DNA of 64,000 nucleotides from Octopus vulgaris (lineage: Eukaryota): contig OX597825.1 in the NCBI GenBank assembly GCA_951406725.2, positions 27,652,001-27,716,000 of the forward strand, written 5' to 3'. This document shows positions 56,871 through 64,000 of this stretch, piece by piece. Under the pieces are notes generated by a model. That model made no database searches. It was not told the DNA's origin and worked only from the letters and a program-made list of their open reading frames with translations. A program made the position numbers and the translations under genes. The first letter of the stretch is position 1, and each line of letters starts with the position of its first letter.

Positions 56871-57107
56871 CAGTAATCCCTCACCACTTCGCGGTTCACC
56901 TATCGCGGTTCACCTATCGCGTTTTATCGTTTTAGCTTACGTCGATTCCTCCGTGGTGTTGTTTTGCATTTTTAATAAAATAAATACATACAAATGATAT
57001 AAATAATATTGAAAAATATGCAGTACAGTACCGTTTCTGCTTCGTTGATTTTCACATATCACGGGGCGTTTCGGAACCTCACATCCGCGATAGTTGAGAG
57101 ATTAGTG
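56871..57107. mobile_element. Tigger/pogo-like MITE
   Basis: Imperfect TIRs cagtaatccctcaccacttcgcgg and ccgcgatagttgagagattagtg(ta); internal repeats of tcgcggttcaccta. Confidence 0.6.
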
Positions 57108-57607
57108 TATGTTATTAGAATTGGTCGTATGGGATTAGTTTATGAAATTATGAAGTATTACGCAGAATTCATACGGTGAAATATCTTTCGTTTAGTGACA
57201 TTTCAAAATGAAAATTGATGTACCTCGAAATTTATTTTTTTTAATATATTTTGTAATTTCTAGTATTACTTAGTGAAAATGCATCATTTGAATAAATATC
57301 AACAAAACCTGTATTGTGAATAATATTTTAATTCACTATAAATAATTGCATGACTTGTATATGTAAAAGATATATACCAGTATTAGCAGTTATAATCCGC
57401 CTACGTTATCGTCGTTGTACTGAGATTTGCTCGATGAAGGCCGACTACCAATTACAGAAAATATTTTTCTTATGAGTTCCTCACGGCAGAATGTGTGCAC
57501 GTAAATATTATTGAACATGGAATTCATATAGTTAATATTTCACAGAAAACGCACGTGCACTCACACACACACGTAAACGCAAACACATATAGATAGCACA
57601 TTGCTTG

Positions 57608-57621
57608 GTTGCTATGGAAAC
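57608..57621. promoter_or_regulatory. RFX X-box-like motif
   Basis: GTTGCTATGGAAAC fits the X-box consensus; lies in non-repetitive sequence. Confidence 0.3.
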
Positions 57622-58072
57622 TATTTATCTTTTCATTGCGACATAAAGCATTAATATGTGTACGCCTTGATAGCATGACATAGCCATAGTTAGACAATAG
57701 AAGAATTAAGCCAAATTTATGTCATGTCGTTTAATTTTGCGGAAAGAAATGATAACTTTGATCTTCATAAGGTTGGCTTGTATTTACAAATTTTCGTTTC
57801 AAATTCTAGAAATATCGAGTTAACACTTTGTTTTTTTTAAATTCGAATTTGTTAAGAATAATTTTAAATAAAGTAAAAGCAAGAGTAGACGTAGTAATAA
57901 TATTTTAATAAAAATTATTAACATACGCAGAAACAGTCACACATACGTACATACATACAAACAAACATACATGCATATGTACATGTATAAAAGCATACAT
58001 GCATACATATATACATACATATACATCTGCGTACGCACGCACGCACGTATATTCATACATACATACATACAT

Positions 58073-58120
<48 letters not shown>

Positions 58121-58185
58121 ACGTTACTGTTTAGTATAGTTACAACTCTATCTCTGGTTGAGATTTTGCTACTAGCTATTTTGCT

Positions 58186-58217
<32 letters not shown>

Positions 58218-58262
58218 CATATATATTTATATATATATATATATATGTGTGTGTGTATATAT

Positions 58263-61007
58263 ATTGATTGATTGATTGATTCCAGTTTCAGCTCATGAGC
58301 TGTGGCCATGCTGGGGCACCGCCATTTGGTGTTGCTACTTGGTTTCACTTCATGGAGGCTTTTTAGCAACTGCTATTTGGTGCATGAGAGAGTTCGATGC
58401 AGCTGCCCTCATCTGCCCCTCCTGCCGTGAAGTTGGTTCATCTGGGACACCTGACAGGAAGAGATCCAGCTCCATTTTAAAGACATCTGTATCCACCCCA
58501 TGCAGGTCTCTCAGGTTCATCGGGAGGATATTGAAGAGCTGTGGGCCTCGGAAGCCCAGGCTATCACAGAATCTTGTCCTACATCTTGATGGCAAGTTTG
58601 GAGTCCTAGGCACCACGCAGTGGCGCCCAGTTCTGGCGTTTGCGTAACTCTCGATGCCAAAGTTCAGGACACTTCCCTCCAGGATCTTCCAGATGTATAT
58701 TATGGCATATCTTTCCCGCCTACGCTCCAGGGAATATAATTTTAATCTCTTGAGTCTTTCCCAGTAGCTTACATTCTGCATAGAGGCTATCTTCTTCGTG
58801 TAGCTTCGTTGGATCGCCTCAAGTTCTGTGATCAACTTGACACTGGATGGTGACCATAGCTGAGAGCAATAGTCAAAGTGACTTAGGACAAGTGTCTTCC
58901 AGAGGACCATCATGGTTTCTTGTTCTCTTGTTCTAAAGGTTCTAAGAATCCATCCAGCCAGGCGTCTGCATTTCACTGTCAGTTTAGCAACATGTACATG
59001 AAAGGTCGCGTCATCACTCATGTGAATACCCAGGTCACGCACTGATTGTGACTCTGGGATTGCAATCCCTCCGGGTCCAGTGTATTTCTTGGGTATTGCA
59101 TTCAGTTTTGCATGCTGATAGTATAAAGCTTGAAACTTTTCAGCATTGAACTGCATGCTATTCTTTTCAGCCCACTTGTAAATTTCGTCCAGCTCATATT
59201 GCAGGTGCCTAGTGTCTTCAGGGTTCTGTATTGCCTGTGAAACTTTTGTATCATCTGCATAACTTGTGATCGTGGCTCTCCGCGTGGCTGAGGGCATGTC
59301 TGAGAGGGCCATTATGAACAGTAGTGGTCCCAAAACAGTGCCCTGTGGAACACCGCTCACTATTTGCGTGCTAATGGAAGTGGCCCCATTGGCTACTGCC
59401 ACCTGACTTCTATTCTTCAGAAAGTCGTGAAGCCATTCTCCTAGTTTTCCAACTATGCCAAGATCACGCAGTTTGTGACATATCATTCCATGATCGACTT
59501 TATCGAAGGCCTTTGCGAAGTCGAGATATATGACTTCCACATTTGAGTGGTTGAGCAGTTGTTTCAGCACCCAGTCATAGTGCTGCAGGAGCTGAGTTAA
59601 GCAGCTTCTTCCTGGTCGGAAACCATGTTGGGTGTCAGGCAGCAAGTCATTTTCTTCAAGGAAGGTGATTAGTTTCCTTCTGACTATTCGTTCCATGACC
59701 TTGCTGATGTGTGAGGTCAGAGAGATAGGTCTGTAGTTCTTGGCCTCCGCTCTGCTACCTCCTTTATGAATAGGGCATATTTTACCTTCCTTCAGTTTTC
59801 TTGGAAGTTTGCCAGCTGCAAGGAAGCTCTGAAAGAGGAACTGCAGTGGTCTTGCTAAGACTCTCTTACATACTTTTAGGAGGATTGCCGGGAATCCATC
59901 GGGGCCAATAGCTGAGTCTATTTTCATTTCATCTATAGCCTTTATTATATCATCTTCCTTTATATCGATGTAATTTAACGTCGCCGCATCTGATTCTATA
60001 TCTGCAGTGGTAAAAAAGTCAGTTGGATTGCTGATTTGGAAATGCCCAAGGGGTGGAGTGAAAACACTCTTGAATTGTTCATTCAGTATTTCACTTACCC
60101 TCATTGGTTTTCCTGTGAGTGTGCCATCCTTTTCAAGGAGTGGCCCTATCCTACAGTGCACCGTAGCTGTTTCTTTGGCATACCTGTAGAAAGCTCTGGG
60201 GTTAGTTTTTATGTTGTCTATAGCCCAGGCTTCTTTGTCTGCTCTTTCCTTCTCATGGGAGAGTTGCAGACAATTTTTAATTTCCAACAGTTTTATTTTC
60301 AGGCGGGACTTTTCACTGCTTTCAATTTGTTTGTTTAGGCGATTTGAGATTTTTGTGCGCCGTCTCATTAAAATTTTTCTCTCTCTGGGGATTTTGTTCT
60401 TGTGTACAGTGGCCTTTCTCTCTGGGACACATTTGTAGCATATGGCTTGCATTACAGACATGAATTGTTGAAGTATCATGTCGATGTCCGGCGAGGAGAG
60501 ACATTCAGGCCAGTTTTGTTTGAGGATCTCTTTCTCAATTTGTTTCCAGTTTGCCTTATTGAAGTTCAAGCTGGAAAGACTTTGAGGGTTTCTTGTAGGC
60601 TGCATGTCCGTGCTCTCTTTTGGCCCGTACATGGTCAGCTCTACCATGTTGTGATCCGAGAGTAGTGTCGGTGTCACTTTCACATTATGGATGAGATCCA
60701 TATTATTTGTGAAGCAGAGATCCAGTGTGTTACCCGCTCTGGTTGGTTGGAGTATTACTTGCTCCATGTACAGGGTGTTGGTGAGGTTCAGGAGGGACCT
60801 CGCCTGTCCTCGTTCACATCTTGTCATTCCTGGGAGAGAAAGGCCCTCGGGCCATCTGACATTCGGTAGATTGAAGTCTCCCATGAGAAGTACACTTATG
60901 TGTTGTTCTAATGTGGTTAGAACTTCTTCTATTTTTAAAAGGCAGTCCTCAAACTTGCCCATATGACTTGGGGCATCTGGAGGGCGATATGTAGCACACA
61001 CAACTAC
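58263..61007 (-). mobile_element. Young 5'-truncated CR1/L2-group LINE with short 3' UTR and (CAAT)n tail
   Basis: ORF2 is followed by a ~70-nt 3' UTR containing the palindrome cagctcatgagctg and a tetranucleotide tail (attg repeats at 58263-58281 on +). Both ends sit in (TA)n. Confidence 0.9.
58350..61007 (-). CDS. LINE ORF2 (C-terminal part of APE endonuclease plus reverse transcriptase), CR1/L2 group, 5'-truncated, about 885 uninterrupted codons
   Basis: APE motifs YRPP, GDFNLP, LDLCFT, SDHN. RT motifs [51 protein letters not shown]-terminal LERRRERY and GPQLFNILP. The first ~75 aa of the listed 960-aa ORF are TA-microsatellite read-through. Confidence 0.93.
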   Translation of the reverse strand, partial: VVVCATYRPPDAPSHMGKFEDCLLKIEEVLTTLEQHISVLLMGDFNLPNVRWPEGLSLPGMTRCERGQARSLLNLTNTLYMEQVILQPTRAGNTLDLCFTNNMDLIHNVKVTPTLLSDHNMVELTMYGPKESTDMQPTRNPQSLSSLNFNKANWKQIEKEILKQNWPECLSSPDIDMILQQFMSVMQAICYKCVPERKATVHKNKIPRERKILMRRRTKISNRLNKQIESSEKSRLKIKLLEIKNCLQLSHEKERADKEAWAIDNIKTNPRAFYRYAKETATVHCRIGPLLEKDGTLTGKPMRVSEILNEQFKSVFTPPLGHFQISNPTDFFTTADIESDAATLNYIDIKEDDIIKAIDEMKIDSAIGPDGFPAILLKVCKRVLARPLQFLFQSFLAAGKLPRKLKEGKICPIHKGGSRAEAKNYRPISLTSHISKVMERIVRRKLITFLEENDLLPDTQHGFRPGRSCLTQLLQHYDWVLKQLLNHSNVEVIYLDFAKAFDKVDHGMICHKLRDLGIVGKLGEWLHDFLKNRSQVAVANGATSISTQIVSGVPQGTVLGPLLFIMALSDMPSATRRATITSYADDTKVSQAIQNPEDTRHLQYELDEIYKWAEKNSMQFNAEKFQALYYQHAKLNAIPKKYTGPGGIAIPESQSVRDLGIHMSDDATFHVHVAKLTVKCRRLAGWILRTFRTREQETMMVLWKTLVLSHFDYCSQLWSPSSVKLITELEAIQRSYTKKIASMQNVSYWERLKRLKLYSLERRRERYAIIYIWKILEGSVLNFGIESYANARTGRHCVVPRTPNLPSRCRTRFCDSLGFRGPQLFNILPMNLRDLHGVDTDVFKMELDLFLSGVPDEPTSRQEGQMRAAASNSLMHQIAVAKKPP

Positions 61008-61009
61008 AT

Positions 61010-61048
61010 GTATATATATGTATATATATGTATATATATTGGTGTGTG

Positions 61049-61141
<93 letters not shown>

Positions 61142-61158
61142 ATATATATTGGTGTGTG

Positions 61159-61203
<45 letters not shown>

Positions 61204-61424
61204 GTATCAATTTGTACATTCACAGAATACAAGCAATATTGCGCCCCATGACGTGACGGAATAGGTTCATAAAATCAGCGCTCAGTTTCAGTTGTTGCAA
61301 CTTGAACTAAAAAAACTCCAGCTTGTACTAAGAAGAACGATATTATATCTGCTTAATGATTATTAGCTGTTGGCGGTTTTTCAGTTGAGCAGGTACAAAT
61401 ATAACAGAATAAAACTATAAAACG

Positions 61425-61487
<63 letters not shown>
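61010..61487 (+). repeat. Near-identical ~480-bp direct duplication, copy 1
   Basis: Unique core 61201-61425 matches 62879-63102 apart from one A in a homopolymer. Confidence 0.9.
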
Positions 61488-61494
<7 letters not shown>

Positions 61495-61499
<5 letters not shown>

Positions 61500-61645
61500 A
61501 CGACGAGATTCTCAGTTTTTCTGTACCAAATCCACTCACAAGGCTTTGGTCGACCCGAGGCCATAATAGAAGGTGCCACACGGTGGGGTTGAACGCAGAA
61601 CCATGTACTTGCGAAGCACCTTCTTACCACTCAGCCGTGCCTGCG

Positions 61646-61646
<1 letters not shown>
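61495..61646 (-). mobile_element. SINE family 1, 5' half, diverged
   Basis: taccaaatccactcacaaggctttggtcg...cctgcgc. Confidence 0.75.
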
Positions 61647-61690
<44 letters not shown>

Positions 61691-62668
61691 CATATGTATG
61701 TGTGCATGTATGTATGCATGTATGTATATATGTGTGTATGTATGTATGTGTGTATGTATGTATGTATGTATGTATGTATGTATGTATGTATGTATGTATG
61801 TATGCATGTATACATATATTGTGGGGACACTGGTGTACCGATTTTAAATAGTTTTAATTATGCATATATAAACTCTGACTTATCTTCGCTGTCTGGTTCA
61901 AACAGTTAAAGGAATGGAATAAATTTCAACGCAAGGGTCTGTGTTTTTAGTTCCTGTTGTATCCATACACTTTATAAAATTTCAACGCTAGAAACTGACA
62001 GTGATTTTCAATCACATTGTACTGTTAGAGTTATTGATAATGAATTTTATGTTCCAAATATCAGTAAGAATGGACTAATACACTCAAAAATAGCGTCGTA
62101 TATAAGTTTGTGTGTAATGTTCGCAACACTCTATGCTTTTCAAATTTAGATTCATTCTAAAACTTAAGTAAATATTTAAAGTAATACACGCAAAAACTGT
62201 TTATTGTTTTCTTAGCGTTGTCTTATGGAAGGTAAGAAAAGTGACTTCCAACGAATCTACTACTAACTCTTCGGATTTCCAACTATTTCGCAGATCTGGG
62301 TTTCCATTTGAACTTGGCTTATGCTTTTATCAGTTTTGCTTTTTGTATATCTATATCTTTCTGTTTCTTCTAATTGCGTAGACTGGCGTCTACCCCTGCA
62401 GTTACTGTCTCTAGAGATAATTACAGCTGCAATTGTTCACAACTTCCATCCTTTCGAATTATGTATAGTCTAACCACTTCAGCCTTTGGGTCATGCATAT
62501 AGTGCACTGAGAGGAAATTGCATATCGCATTTTATAAATTTTTACTGATCTCACGGACTGTTTTCTCATATTTAATCTGTAGGATACAACATGTATAGTT
62601 AAGGTATTGACTACGTAAATCCCGTTATTTTTGTATTTAGTTCGCCTTTTAGGATCGCCCTAGCTCTA

Positions 62669-62689
<21 letters not shown>

Positions 62690-62715
<26 letters not shown>

Positions 62716-62757
62716 TGGTGTGTGTGTGTACATATATATATATATATATATATACAC

Positions 62758-62819
<62 letters not shown>

Positions 62820-62828
62820 TGGTGTGTG

Positions 62829-62881
<53 letters not shown>

Positions 62882-63101
62882 GTATCAATTTGTACATTCA
62901 CAGAATACAAGCAATATTGCGCCCCATGACGTGACGGAATAGGTTCATAAAATCAGCGCTCAGTTTCAGTTGTTGCAACTTGAACTAAAAAACTCCAGCT
63001 TGTACTAAGAAGAACGATATTATATCTGCTTAATGATTATTAGCTGTTGGCGGTTTTTCAGTTGAGCAGGTACAAATATAACAGAATAAAACTATAAAAC
63101 G

Positions 63102-63160
<59 letters not shown>
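62690..63160 (+). repeat. Near-identical ~480-bp direct duplication, copy 2
   Basis: See 61010-61487. Confidence 0.9.
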
Positions 63161-63246
63161 GTAGGTCCCGGGTTGATTCGGGGTTAACCACAGTAAGTAA
63201 GGTACTCAATACATAGCAGAGTAAAATTAATTTATTATATAGAAGG

Positions 63247-63297
63247 AGCTTCTACAGGACTAGTACTGTTTCATTCAAGAGAAATCTTCAGGAAGCT
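63247..63297 (-). ncRNA. Type I hammerhead ribozyme motif in a Penelope-like end
   Basis: AGCUUC-CUGAAGA-UUUC ucuu GAAU-GAA-ACAG uacuaguc CUGU-A-GAAGCU: stem I 6 bp, stem III 4 bp, GUA cleavage triplet; weak stem II with a U-U closing pair. Confidence 0.6.
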
Positions 63298-63738
63298 ATT
63301 TAACAAGAATTGTATTAGCATTTATACATTTAGGCAGGTTTAAAGGAGTGGTGGTGGGGGACTTTTTGGGGGTAGGCATAGCGCAAAATATCATACTTGG
63401 GGGAGTGGTCAAGGAGTCAGTGGTAAGTTAGATGAAAGAATAGATAAATAAAAAAATAAAAAAATAAAAAATAAAAAAATAAAAAAATATAAAAAAATAA
63501 AATAAAAAATAAAAAAATAAAAAAATAAAAAATATAAAAAATATATATAAAAAAATATATATAAAAAAATTTTGTATGCGTATAAATGCATGTAAGTATG
63601 GATGTATGGATGTATGTATGTATGTATACGTATGTATGTGTGTATGTGTGTATGTATATATATATGTGTGTATATGTGTTTGTGTATGTATATATATGTG
63701 TATGTATGTGTGTGTATATGTATGTGTGTATGTGTATG

Positions 63739-63800
<62 letters not shown>

Positions 63801-64000
63801 TATGTATCTGTATGTAGGAGTATATATGTGTGTGTGTGTATGTATATGCGGGTATATATATATATATGTATATTTATTGGTGTATATGTATAGACTAGCC
63901 TCCTAAAGTGTAGACACGAATCTGTAGGTACGAGTACGTATGTGTATATACGTGAACGTATGTAGATGTTTGTATGTATGAATATAACGCGTGCGTACGT

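Noticed and set aside
61008-61232. N-terminal extension of the 960-aa ORF
   Set aside because: Read-through of (TA)n/(CA)n flank, not part of the LINE protein.
63445-63570. Regularly spaced AAAAAAT units
   Set aside because: Simple A-rich heptamer repeat without unique spacers; not CRISPR-like, and the context is eukaryotic.

Overview
AT-rich eukaryotic non-coding DNA dominated by microsatellites and transposable elements. The repeat landscape (TA/CA/AAT/GATA arrays, tRNA-headed SINEs, R4/Dong, RTE, CR1-group and Penelope-like remnants) strongly suggests an octopus or other coleoid cephalopod genome; this is inference, not a database result. No host gene can be established. Nearly all listed ORFs are microsatellite translations. 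The only long real ORF is a 5'-truncated but uninterrupted CR1/L2-group LINE ORF2 (58350-61007, minus strand). Main observations: (1) the most abundant SINE shares its 3' end with this LINE, with compensatory changes in a hairpin, suggesting a SINE-LINE partner pair; (2) several minimal hammerhead-ribozyme motifs sit in Penelope-like ends, including a tRNA-headed SINE-like element with a hammerhead tail and fold-back copies; (3) a 5'-inverted (twin-primed) RTE insertion with an 11-bp TSD lies inside a SINE; (4) several long inverted repeats could form dsRNA; (5) there is a speculative small spliced secreted-peptide gene near 3.7-5.0 kb. Boundaries of degraded elements are approximate.
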